Below, piece after piece: positions 30,150 through 38,683 of a stretch of DNA of 56,025 nucleotides. The position numbers and the translations under genes are program-made. The stretch is from Treponema sp. (GTDB taxonomy: Bacteria; Spirochaetota; Spirochaetia; Treponematales; Treponemataceae), in NCBI GenBank assembly GCA_041669845.1, contig JBAYAJ010000001.1, positions 1 through 56,025 on the forward strand, in the 5' to 3' direction. The stretch's first letter is position 1. Each line of letters begins with the position of its first letter. The notes under the pieces were generated by a model that saw only the letters and a program-made list of their open reading frames with translations, ran no database searches and was not told the origin of the DNA.

Positions 30150-30755
30150 CTAACTCCTGGTAATTATTCTATAACAAGTCTTCCATATTTTAAAGCCCTT
30201 TTTCACAGGAATTTCTATATTCTGTGTTTTTTGGTAATCAGAACAATGACTAAGACTTCCTTCAACGTTACAGCATAATCGACATTCATTCGTTTCCAGA
30301 GGCATAAGTTTTATTATATGTTTAGGACATTCTTCAATACAGCTTCCGCAACCGCAGCATAAATTTGTAACAACAGCCGTATTATTTTTTATAATAATCG
30401 CTTCCTGTGGACAGACTTTCACACAATCACCAAGCCCAATACACGAAAATCTGCAATCGTTGATCGACTCATATATCTGACTGACAGTTTTACAGCTCTG
30501 GCCCGGATTATAACTCAACCACAGATTATTGAATTTTTTGTTTGGAGAGCATAAGACTACAGCATGTTTTGTTACATCCTTATGCTGCTCTATTTCAGGA
30601 ATAACATATTTTAATTCTATCTCCGAAAAAAGTGGATTGTCTACAGAAAAAGATACTCTCTTCATTGCCGGTAATAAAATGGCAAACATAAAAAACAATA
30701 TAAGTAAAAGCAGGAGAATAAGTAAAAAAATGAAAATAAAAGAAAGTACCATCAT
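30150..30755 (-). CDS. RnfB-like membrane-anchored ferredoxin
   Basis: N-terminal TM; CRFSCIGLGDCVKVCP and CCGCGSCIEECP; last gene of a CDGEAB-ordered cluster. Confidence 0.8.
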   Translation of the reverse strand: MMVLSFIFIFLLILLLLLILFFMFAILLPAMKRVSFSVDNPLFSEIELKYVIPEIEQHKDVTKHAVVLCSPNKKFNNLWLSYNPGQSCKTVSQIYESINDCRFSCIGLGDCVKVCPQEAIIIKNNTAVVTNLCCGCGSCIEECPKHIIKLMPLETNECRLCCNVEGSLSHCSDYQKTQNIEIPVKKGFKIWKTCYRIITRS

Positions 30756-31312
30756 AATACCCCCTGATTAAACCACGATACATTCCAAACTGCAAGACTT
30801 ATGATTATTACTGCCATTGAAAGCATAATGAGGCTTTTCTTTTTTATTTTATCATTTTTGGGACGAGCTACTTCAATTCTTTTCCTTAATGAAAATAAAA
30901 CGGGCAAAATCATAATGAAAGATACCATGCAGCTTACCGCAATAACAATTGAATCTATTATTCCTAAACTTTCATTCAGTGTAAGTAAAATTATAAGATA
31001 AGAAACAGTAAATTCTGAAGTTATAAAACCAGTAGTAATCCGCATGATTATTTCAACAAAAACGGAAAGCGATATAAAAATCAAAAGAGCAATAAGTGGA
31101 TACAATTCAACTAATTTTGCAGGAATAAGCAACTCTTTTATTATTATAAAAGTCAGCACAGTTGAGCAGAGAATCACTATTGTACATTTTATCAACTGAA
31201 AGAAAAGCGTTTTATCCAAAGAACGGCTTAAAACAGCTGTTCTGTTTAATCCTATTCCGTAGATGAGTACTGCCGAGCAATAAAGAGAAAAATAAAAAAA
31301 AGTATCAACCAT
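30752..31312 (-). CDS. RnfA-like membrane protein (divergent)
   Basis: About six TM segments, LFSLRKRIE motif, size and position. Confidence 0.6.
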   Translation of the reverse strand: MVDTFFYFSLYCSAVLIYGIGLNRTAVLSRSLDKTLFFQLIKCTIVILCSTVLTFIIIKELLIPAKLVELYPLIALLIFISLSVFVEIIMRITTGFITSEFTVSYLIILLTLNESLGIIDSIVIAVSCMVSFIMILPVLFSLRKRIEVARPKNDKIKKKSLIMLSMAVIIISLAVWNVSWFNQGVL

Positions 31313-31922
31313 TTATCTGCTCCACATTCTCAAGAATTTTAAATTTGTTAATTACGTAAACATGCAGAATAAGGATAACTGAAGAACAAACGAGCGCACC
31401 GGGAATAGTCCCCAAAAAAACAAGTGCACTGATTTTACCCGAGTCGAACAGGACTTTCTCATATATGCCATGACTTGTTAACAATGTTATTGTTCCGAAT
31501 CCTACAATATCTCTAAACAGAAAAAACACGAGTGCAAACACTGAATAAAATAAGCTGTAAAACATATTACATGAAATTTCTCTGCACAATGGCAACTTTT
31601 CGCTGCCAAACATATATCCAATTAAGAAAGACGATACCGTCGGTAAGTATAAAACAAAACCAAGCTGAAGAGCCATTAGAGGAATCGTAAGTACAAGTAT
31701 CTGCCGGACGAGCATCGTTGATGCAATCAATACAGACAACAAAAGAACATTTTCCATTGTCTGTAATTTAAAATGATATATAAAACTTTTAACAAATGTT
31801 CCCACCAGCATAAGAAAATTGAGTTCTAAAACGAGTATTATGCCACAGACAAAGCGCCCCGGTGCAGGGACTACCATTGCAAGTGTTGCTGCTATATACA
31901 CATATATTGATTTCTTATTCAT
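31305..31922 (-). CDS. RnfE-like membrane protein (divergent)
   Basis: FRDIVGFGTI (cf. REILGxGT), TIPGAL (cf. PPGAF); TM-rich; position in the cluster. Confidence 0.7.
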   Translation of the reverse strand: MNKKSIYVYIAATLAMVVPAPGRFVCGIILVLELNFLMLVGTFVKSFIYHFKLQTMENVLLLSVLIASTMLVRQILVLTIPLMALQLGFVLYLPTVSSFLIGYMFGSEKLPLCREISCNMFYSLFYSVFALVFFLFRDIVGFGTITLLTSHGIYEKVLFDSGKISALVFLGTIPGALVCSSVILILHVYVINKFKILENVEQING

Positions 31923-32425
31923 TATTTCATCGCTCCTACTCCATAAAATGCAGGTTCTTCCGCGTTTCTTACTATATCAGGTATACGCTTAATCCAATAA
32001 TTAATCTTCGCATCATTCTTTCCGTTCCCAATTACTTTCCGGACTCTTCCATGAAGCCCCGCTATACCTATAAACTGTGCAACCGATTTGTCGTTGTATA
32101 AAAATACGGCAGGCAAAGGACCATATATTGTTTCAATTCTTACTATCAAGGCATATTTCTTTGCTCCGTTATCTTTTCTGCGAACTTGAAAACATGCAGA
32201 ACTTAAGGCTACCGGCGCATTAATTTCAATGTACTCCCCTACTATCCATTCTCCAGGGGCCTCCTCTTCCAATACTCTGCTGATTTCCTCTTTAAGTCCA
32301 TTCTGCCATTTATTCTCGGACAAAAGAATAACGCAAGTAAGTAATGCGAACAATCCCACAATAATCCCCGCAAGTGCTCCATATTGTTTTAATAATTTTT
32401 TTGAAGAATTTTCTGTATCCATCAT
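31922..32425 (-). CDS. RnfG-position membrane-anchored protein lacking an FMN motif
   Basis: Single N-terminal TM; lies between the D-like and E-like genes; no ETPGLG or SGAT motif. Confidence 0.55.
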   Translation of the reverse strand: MMDTENSSKKLLKQYGALAGIIVGLFALLTCVILLSENKWQNGLKEEISRVLEEEAPGEWIVGEYIEINAPVALSSACFQVRRKDNGAKKYALIVRIETIYGPLPAVFLYNDKSVAQFIGIAGLHGRVRKVIGNGKNDAKINYWIKRIPDIVRNAEEPAFYGVGAMK

Positions 32426-33501
32426 CTGATACCTTCGTCTTTTAAATTTTCATCAAGCATGCTGTATAAAGCTTCTTTATTGTTTCTATCTTCAACAATC
32501 TGAATTATAGGAGAAATTATGTTCGCACAAAGAATTGTAAATACCATTCCAACAGAGGATGTTCCGCAGCCCGCAATCAAAAAAGCCAATATACCACATA
32601 TAATTCCATATATAGTTTTCCCCGCATAGGTAAGAGGTGTTGTTCCATACCATTGAATAACAAATATACTGCAAAAAATCGTCCCACTTGTAAGGAATGC
32701 AAGAAGTAAATCACCCTGACCTGGAATACCGCCACAAAAAAAAGGTCCTGCAAATCTTATAAGCAACCCATATGTTGTAATGAAACACGCAGGAATCAGC
32801 ATACTGAGCATTCCCGATGAAAATAATATTATTGAAGAAATAAGCGTAATAAAATTGAATCTGAATGCGGGGATAATTGAATGCGTATCCCATAACATTG
32901 AAATGTATCCATCAGGAATAGACACTTTTAATATTCTAAAAAGCGAATTATTCAAAGCCTCCGTAACAGGAGGATCGAATTTGAAAACAGGAAATACCCC
33001 ATTCTGAATCAAGGTATATGAAGGATTTCTCATTTGCAGTAGATTTTTTGTTACTATCAGTCCCGGAAAAGCATTCATACCGATAATCCAACAAACCGCA
33101 ATTGTAATGACAGCTGTATTTCCCCATGCATTTGCAAAACCACCAAACATGTATTTCAAAAGAATCATTGTAAAAAAAGTAATAAAAAACACAGAAACAG
33201 GCGGAAACGTCGACGGTAAAAGCATTCCAATAATAATTCCCTGCACTGCACACGTCACATCTGAAAAATGGTATGATTTATGATACAGTCTGTCTGCCGC
33301 TTCTGCACATAAGGAACCAGACAACGAACAGCCGATAACAAAAAGAGCATTATAGCTTTTCGTTAGTAAAAGCATAAAAATCTGCACAGCCAGAAGAATT
33401 ACTGAAATAAGCGAAGAATTTCCAACCGACTGAGATGCATATATGAACGGACGCATAAGCATTTTACTATATAAAGTATCTTTTGATTTCCCTGACATCA
33501 T
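32422..33501 (-). CDS. RnfD/NqrB-like membrane protein (divergent)
   Basis: GMLLPS, KYMFGGFANAWGN, YGTTPLT..GKTIYG, ILCANIISPII. Confidence 0.85.
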   Translation of the reverse strand: MMSGKSKDTLYSKMLMRPFIYASQSVGNSSLISVILLAVQIFMLLLTKSYNALFVIGCSLSGSLCAEAADRLYHKSYHFSDVTCAVQGIIIGMLLPSTFPPVSVFFITFFTMILLKYMFGGFANAWGNTAVITIAVCWIIGMNAFPGLIVTKNLLQMRNPSYTLIQNGVFPVFKFDPPVTEALNNSLFRILKVSIPDGYISMLWDTHSIIPAFRFNFITLISSIILFSSGMLSMLIPACFITTYGLLIRFAGPFFCGGIPGQGDLLLAFLTSGTIFCSIFVIQWYGTTPLTYAGKTIYGIICGILAFLIAGCGTSSVGMVFTILCANIISPIIQIVEDRNNKEALYSMLDENLKDEGIR

Positions 33502-34811
33502 TTTACTCCTTCATCTATTTGCTGCATTTTCAGCATTTTTACCGCCTGACTCACAGGAAGCCGCGACGGACAAACAAAATTACAGAGACCACACCCCGAA
33601 CAAAGCAGCGCTGAACGAATATACGCTTGATCATTTTTTATTCCACCCGTTGCATACCGATACAATACATCCGGCGTTAATTTTCTAGGACATATATTAC
33701 GGCATATTCCGCATCTGATACAGGCAAACTGCCTCTGTTCCGGTACTTTAGCTGCAGGAAGAAATAATACAGATTTTACATATTTTGTTATTGGTATATC
33801 AAGACTACCTGAAGAATATCCACTTATAAGGCCATTAATAATTATCGCAGCCGGAGGAACGATAAAACCTCCGCACTGTTGTGCAAGGAACCGGACGGTT
33901 GTTCCTATTCGTACTTTAAGCATTCCCGATGCAGGGATACATTCACCGGAAATATATACATATTTATCAATAACAGGAATACCATCCTTAATAACACTGC
34001 ATACTTCATACATTGTAGATGCATCTGTGTACAAATCGTCAGTCGCTATATCTGAAAAAGGAAGCTCTCTAATCGATTTCTTTACAGCTTTTCTTATCTC
34101 TTTTTTAAAACCGGCAGGGTATTCTGTAATATTGATTTTAACAAAACGAATTGGAATTACCTCCGGTTCATTTATTTCCGGTACAGGAGATTTTGAATCG
34201 ATTACAAAAACAACTCCACTTGCATTCATTGCCCGTGCAGTTATAAGAGCCCCTGTGTATATTTCATTCAGAAACATCGACGACAGCAGGGAATCCGTTA
34301 CACGAGTTGGATCATCGTCATACATACGAACTACTAAAAGACGATTTGTTTTATTTCTCACAGTATCAATTTCCATTGCAAGAGAAACTGGTTCCGATGT
34401 TTTATAAGTGTTGACAACTCCTCTGTCAGAAAGCTGTTGAATGATTGTAGCAGCCGGGAGCATGGTCCAGTCAACGGTAATCTTCTTCTTACCTAAATAC
34501 GTAAATGACCCGGACATCTTTATTCTTACAGCCTCTACCTGTCGACCATCAGGTCCTGTACATAATACTATCTCTTGAACAACTCCCGGAACAGGAGAAT
34601 GTATTTTCGCCGGATTTTCAGATGGCAGACCTGTATTTGGAATTGCAATAATCTGTCCTTCACGTACTATATCTCCTTTTTTCACGAGACTTGAGCACCT
34701 GCAACCGGCTTCCTGGGTGAGTGGTACCGTCACAATTCGTGGAAGAAACGCATTGACCGCATCCTTAAAAAATTTTCGCTTTTCAGCATACACAACAGGA
34801 ACTATTTTCAT
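33498..34811 (-). CDS. RnfC-like protein (divergent)
   Basis: VKKGDIVREGQ...IHSPVPGVV barrel-sandwich hybrid; YPAG; SLBB VRIGTT; CIRCGICRNICP and CSGCGLCNFVCP. Confidence 0.88.
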   Translation of the reverse strand: MKIVPVVYAEKRKFFKDAVNAFLPRIVTVPLTQEAGCRCSSLVKKGDIVREGQIIAIPNTGLPSENPAKIHSPVPGVVQEIVLCTGPDGRQVEAVRIKMSGSFTYLGKKKITVDWTMLPAATIIQQLSDRGVVNTYKTSEPVSLAMEIDTVRNKTNRLLVVRMYDDDPTRVTDSLLSSMFLNEIYTGALITARAMNASGVVFVIDSKSPVPEINEPEVIPIRFVKINITEYPAGFKKEIRKAVKKSIRELPFSDIATDDLYTDASTMYEVCSVIKDGIPVIDKYVYISGECIPASGMLKVRIGTTVRFLAQQCGGFIVPPAAIIINGLISGYSSGSLDIPITKYVKSVLFLPAAKVPEQRQFACIRCGICRNICPRKLTPDVLYRYATGGIKNDQAYIRSALLCSGCGLCNFVCPSRLPVSQAVKMLKMQQIDEGVK

Positions 34812-36214
34812 CGATTCTTACTCCATCTGCCGTCCAATAAATACATATTTATAAAAAAACACAAAGGTATAAAAAAAGAAATAATCATAAGAACAAGATA
34901 CATCATTCCTCCTCCGGATGATGAAAAGGCATATCCTGCATGAAAATATTTCCCCTGTTTTTTCAAAAGCTTCTCAACTGCAGGAAAATCTAAATTGTCG
35001 ATTTGTGCCAGGACACTGCTGCGGAATGATGCATCGAATTTCAATGATATATTACTTTCTGTTATACCTTTTTCATCTTCAGCATATCGTGGAAATACGA
35101 CTGTATCACCATTCTTTGGTTTTTCATATATGGTTTCCTTATTAGAAGAATAAAGTGAACGATATGGCTCTGTTCTTGCATTCCAACACCATACGACATA
35201 ATCATCAAGCGACGGGAATCCATCAACAATACAGCCAGCATGTGACGAAGGAAGCTGCATCCGTGTTGAAGAATGGGAAAAATCTGCAGAAACCAGAAGG
35301 ATTGCTGTAAGCGCAATAATAAAAACAGCACATGCAGCCATTCCGCGCTTTGCTTTCTTAGTTTTAAACAAAGTGATATCCGCAACACAAATCATAACAG
35401 GAACAAAAGAATATTTTTTATTATGTTTTTTTTCTGCCTGCAAAACCAGATACATAACTGCCGCAGTACCGGTGACTGCTACCGCAAAAATCAGACCGGA
35501 TCGAAGCGAAGTCATAATTGCAATTATGATAGATGAAACAGTAAAGAATAAAACAGTAATATTCGTCAGGACAAAATTCATTGTATTTTTTCGATTCCAT
35601 ACCTGCTGTACAAGGAAAAGTGCATACAGCAAAAGACAAACCGCCGAAGCACCAGAATACGAAGGTGCACATATCGAGAAAAAAACAGGAATAGCCGAAA
35701 AACAGACAAAAATAACACGATTTGTGGCAAGTACATCCAGTAAAACAGCAAACAGAAGACAAACCACCGGAATCAACCACGGATATCCTGTTTGTGTATT
35801 TATCCCGGCACTGATTCCGTTATGCTGCAAAAACTCAACTACGGTTTCAGCTTTATTTACCTCACCGTCCGGAACGTAATAAAGCTGATATTTTCTACCC
35901 TTGTCAAAAAAATATGTGGTTCGTCTGGCAAGATATCCATTTTTATCCTGAACAGCTGAAGCAAGAGACATTTCAGGTGTATCGACCGGGAGTGAAAGAG
36001 GAACATACTGTGAAGCAAGATCAATGACTCCGCTGCATCCCGTTTTTTCAATAGCAGTTTCAATATATTTACTATCACAGCCAGTCGAAACATACACAAT
36101 CCGATACCCCTTCCATAAACTGCCCGATGGTATCAGTCTGAACAGAAAAATAATAATAACAGAGACCACAGCAATAGCTGTTGAAATGGATTTTTTATTC
36201 AGCGATGAGTACAT
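34808..36214 (-). CDS. Hypothetical polytopic membrane protein
   Basis: Long ORF with several TM segments and two soluble domains; ATGA overlap with the rnfC-like gene. Likely start 36214 (track gives 36271). Confidence 0.8.
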   Translation of the reverse strand: MYSSLNKKSISTAIAVVSVIIIFLFRLIPSGSLWKGYRIVYVSTGCDSKYIETAIEKTGCSGVIDLASQYVPLSLPVDTPEMSLASAVQDKNGYLARRTTYFFDKGRKYQLYYVPDGEVNKAETVVEFLQHNGISAGINTQTGYPWLIPVVCLLFAVLLDVLATNRVIFVCFSAIPVFFSICAPSYSGASAVCLLLYALFLVQQVWNRKNTMNFVLTNITVLFFTVSSIIIAIMTSLRSGLIFAVAVTGTAAVMYLVLQAEKKHNKKYSFVPVMICVADITLFKTKKAKRGMAACAVFIIALTAILLVSADFSHSSTRMQLPSSHAGCIVDGFPSLDDYVVWCWNARTEPYRSLYSSNKETIYEKPKNGDTVVFPRYAEDEKGITESNISLKFDASFRSSVLAQIDNLDFPAVEKLLKKQGKYFHAGYAFSSSGGGMMYLVLMIISFFIPLCFFINMYLLDGRWSKNR

Positions 36215-36225
36215 ACGCTTATACT

Positions 36226-36705
36226 TCACAAAAGCGAAAAAGCAAGTCCAATAGAAAACCCCAGCAGACAACCTACAAAGACTTCAAGCGGCGTATGTCC
36301 CTGAACTTCTTTCATCTGCGTGTATCGTAATATCCCCCTGCAATCGAGCGTTTTTCCTATCTCGTTAAGTTTTCTGGCCTGAATACCATTCGCCCGTCTG
36401 ACGCCAAGTGCATCCCGTATAGTTACAAGAAAAAAACAAAGTGCAAGAACAAACACATCAGAATTTATGCCAGAATGAAATGCAATTGACGTGCAGAGTG
36501 CTGACACCATCGCTGAATGACTGGAAGGGAGTCCCCCTGTTCTCCAGAACATCATTTCAAATAATTCATTATAACTGTGGATTCTGCCGTAGCAAAGAGA
36601 AACTATTGTTTTCATGAACTGGGCACAAAACCAGCTGCATATACATGCTAAAAATACAGGATTTACGAAAAACAGCCTGAGCTGTTCTTTTACTGACAAT
36701 AACAT
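36226..36705 (-). CDS. Divergent PAP2-family (DUF212) protein
   Basis: TGGLPSSHSA, DALGVRR, GHTPLEV. Confidence 0.92.
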   Translation of the reverse strand: MLLSVKEQLRLFFVNPVFLACICSWFCAQFMKTIVSLCYGRIHSYNELFEMMFWRTGGLPSSHSAMVSALCTSIAFHSGINSDVFVLALCFFLVTIRDALGVRRANGIQARKLNEIGKTLDCRGILRYTQMKEVQGHTPLEVFVGCLLGFSIGLAFSLL

Positions 36706-36781
36706 GTAATTATTTTACCATTACATCCCGTTTTTTACTAGTCCCGGCTGTATTCACTGGACAGAGACCTATCGATTTTCA

Positions 36782-37693
36782 TTATACGGTAGTCACTTTA
36801 TCGATTATGATGTTTACTTCCTCGATAAAAATTCCGGTACTACTTTCAATCTTATCGATTATTTTTTTCTGCAGATTATCGACCCGTTTTGTAAGCGGCA
36901 GATCTGTCGAAGCAAAGTCATCCGATGGTATATCGATTGTGCTCACCAGACGGTATCCCCTGCTGTCAGCTCTGACAATCATTTTCTTTACACGTATACC
37001 GCTGTCATATTCTCTGATACAGTTCATCGACATCTGAACAAGCGCAGCCTCAGAAATGGCGATACGATTTTTTTTCGAAAATTCCGGCTGAACAATCGAT
37101 TTTTCAACAACTTTACTATCCTTCTTGTTGTCAGCCGAAACAACTTTTAATGGATTCGATCTATGAAAAGTAAACCGTATTCCGTTTGAAAAAATATTGG
37201 GATAGCGACGTTTCACTTCGATGGAAGCTACCGGTATAACATGTTTTCCTTCTATTTGACGCGATTTTACTGCAAGTTCAATATCTTCTTTTGTTGCAAT
37301 ATCTTCTATGCGTATAAATTTTGAAGGAGACGGCAGCTGAAGACGAGTCGCAATTTTTAGTACCATTTTTTCAGACGTACCTAGAATAAGTATCCGCCGG
37401 ATGTGATAATGTTTAATTTTCCGGGCTATTTCATCGCGGTGTTCTTTGCTGTCAAAAAGTGCAACCCGGACAGCCCCCATGTACGTCTGCTCACTTTTTG
37501 CAGAGCGTCCGGCAAGAATCTTGTCATCCTGAATAAGCAGACCGTCATCAATAATAGCATTAAGTCCATATCGTTCTGCAACAAGTTTTGCATTATAACT
37601 TTTACCAGTACCACTTTCTCCGACAAGCGCATAAACTGTATCTGTTGTAAAAGGTTGAAGAAGTTCTTTTAAAATTTTATGGAATAAATGCAC
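36782..37693 (-). CDS. P-loop protein with Asp23-like C-terminal domain
   Basis: ALVGESGTGKS, IIDDGLLI, ILILGTS, GKHVIPV; C-terminal IESSTGIFIEEVNIII resembles Asp23/Gls24. Confidence 0.75.
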   Translation of the reverse strand: MHLFHKILKELLQPFTTDTVYALVGESGTGKSYNAKLVAERYGLNAIIDDGLLIQDDKILAGRSAKSEQTYMGAVRVALFDSKEHRDEIARKIKHYHIRRILILGTSEKMVLKIATRLQLPSPSKFIRIEDIATKEDIELAVKSRQIEGKHVIPVASIEVKRRYPNIFSNGIRFTFHRSNPLKVVSADNKKDSKVVEKSIVQPEFSKKNRIAISEAALVQMSMNCIREYDSGIRVKKMIVRADSRGYRLVSTIDIPSDDFASTDLPLTKRVDNLQKKIIDKIESSTGIFIEEVNIIIDKVTTV

Positions 37694-37708
37694 AAGAGGA
37701 ACCCTAGC

Positions 37709-38683
37709 CTAAAGTATAATCGAGTTTTTCCTGTTTATCAATATTTTATTTAACATATTATTAAAATTTGTCAGAATAGGAGCTTTCAAAGACTGAGGCA
37801 GACCAAGTTTATTGTCTCCAACATCTACTTCATATGCATGAAGAAAAAAATTCTGCTCTTCATGAATTGCAGTTCCTCCGTATGCAGTATCTCCCAGCAG
37901 CGGATACCCATGGAATGCCGACTGGACCCGTATCTGATGCATGCGTCCGGTACTAATTGTAAACTTTACAAAAGTTACAGGAATACCATCATATATACCG
38001 AAATCCAGTGGCTCTGCTTTTGTATGTGCATATTTTCCGTAATTATTCACAATCCGGACTGTATGGAACGAAGAAATCAAATCATCTTTTTTTTCAATAA
38101 AATCTTCCCATTCTTCAGTTGAAGAAAGCTTTCCCTGAACAAGAGCAAGATATATTTTCTCAAATACGTGTGCCGATATCTGACTGGAAAACCACCGTGC
38201 ACCTTCCAGACTCCACGAAAAAAAAAGTATTCCCGTCGTTTTTCTGTCAAGTCTGTGCAGCGGTCCCGGCATAAACGACAACGATTCCATTCTTTGTCCT
38301 CTGATAATCTGGTAATAATCAGCAACAGTCTCAGCCAGCGCATGTCCGCAGGTTTCAGTCTGCTGTACAGGAACATCGTACGGTTTATTTATGACAAAAA
38401 AATGTTCATTTTTGAAAATAATTTCATAGGGAAAGTTCATTCCCATTTTCTTCCCTTTGTCAGGTATGCCCTTTTCTGACAGGAGAAAACACGCGACAGA
38501 CAGTATATCACCTTTAAAAATATGTGTTTCAGGTTTTATCCGCCTGTCGTTTATTCTGACATACCCTTTCCGGATTGAACTGTATATTGACGAAAGACTT
38601 TTATCGGGTAGAAAACGGCGTACAACTCTGTCTATGCGTCTGTCGTCGTCTCCGGGACCTGCCTCAAACTTACTGAACTCCAC
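37709..38683 (-). CDS. RluC-like pseudouridine synthase (S4 plus RluA domain)
   Basis: RRIDRVV S4 domain; NKPY; LHRLDRKTTG; TGRMHQIRVQ; PLLGDTAYG. Confidence 0.9.
   Translation of the reverse strand: MEFSKFEAGPGDDDRRIDRVVRRFLPDKSLSSIYSSIRKGYVRINDRRIKPETHIFKGDILSVACFLLSEKGIPDKGKKMGMNFPYEIIFKNEHFFVINKPYDVPVQQTETCGHALAETVADYYQIIRGQRMESLSFMPGPLHRLDRKTTGILFFSWSLEGARWFSSQISAHVFEKIYLALVQGKLSSTEEWEDFIEKKDDLISSFHTVRIVNNYGKYAHTKAEPLDFGIYDGIPVTFVKFTISTGRMHQIRVQSAFHGYPLLGDTAYGGTAIHEEQNFFLHAYEVDVGDNKLGLPQSLKAPILTNFNNMLNKILINRKNSIIL
37713..37741 (-). promoter_or_regulatory. Putative sigma70 promoter for the P-loop/Asp23 gene
   Basis: TTGATA-17 bp-TATACT within the 3' end of the upstream synthase gene. 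Confidence 0.6.
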
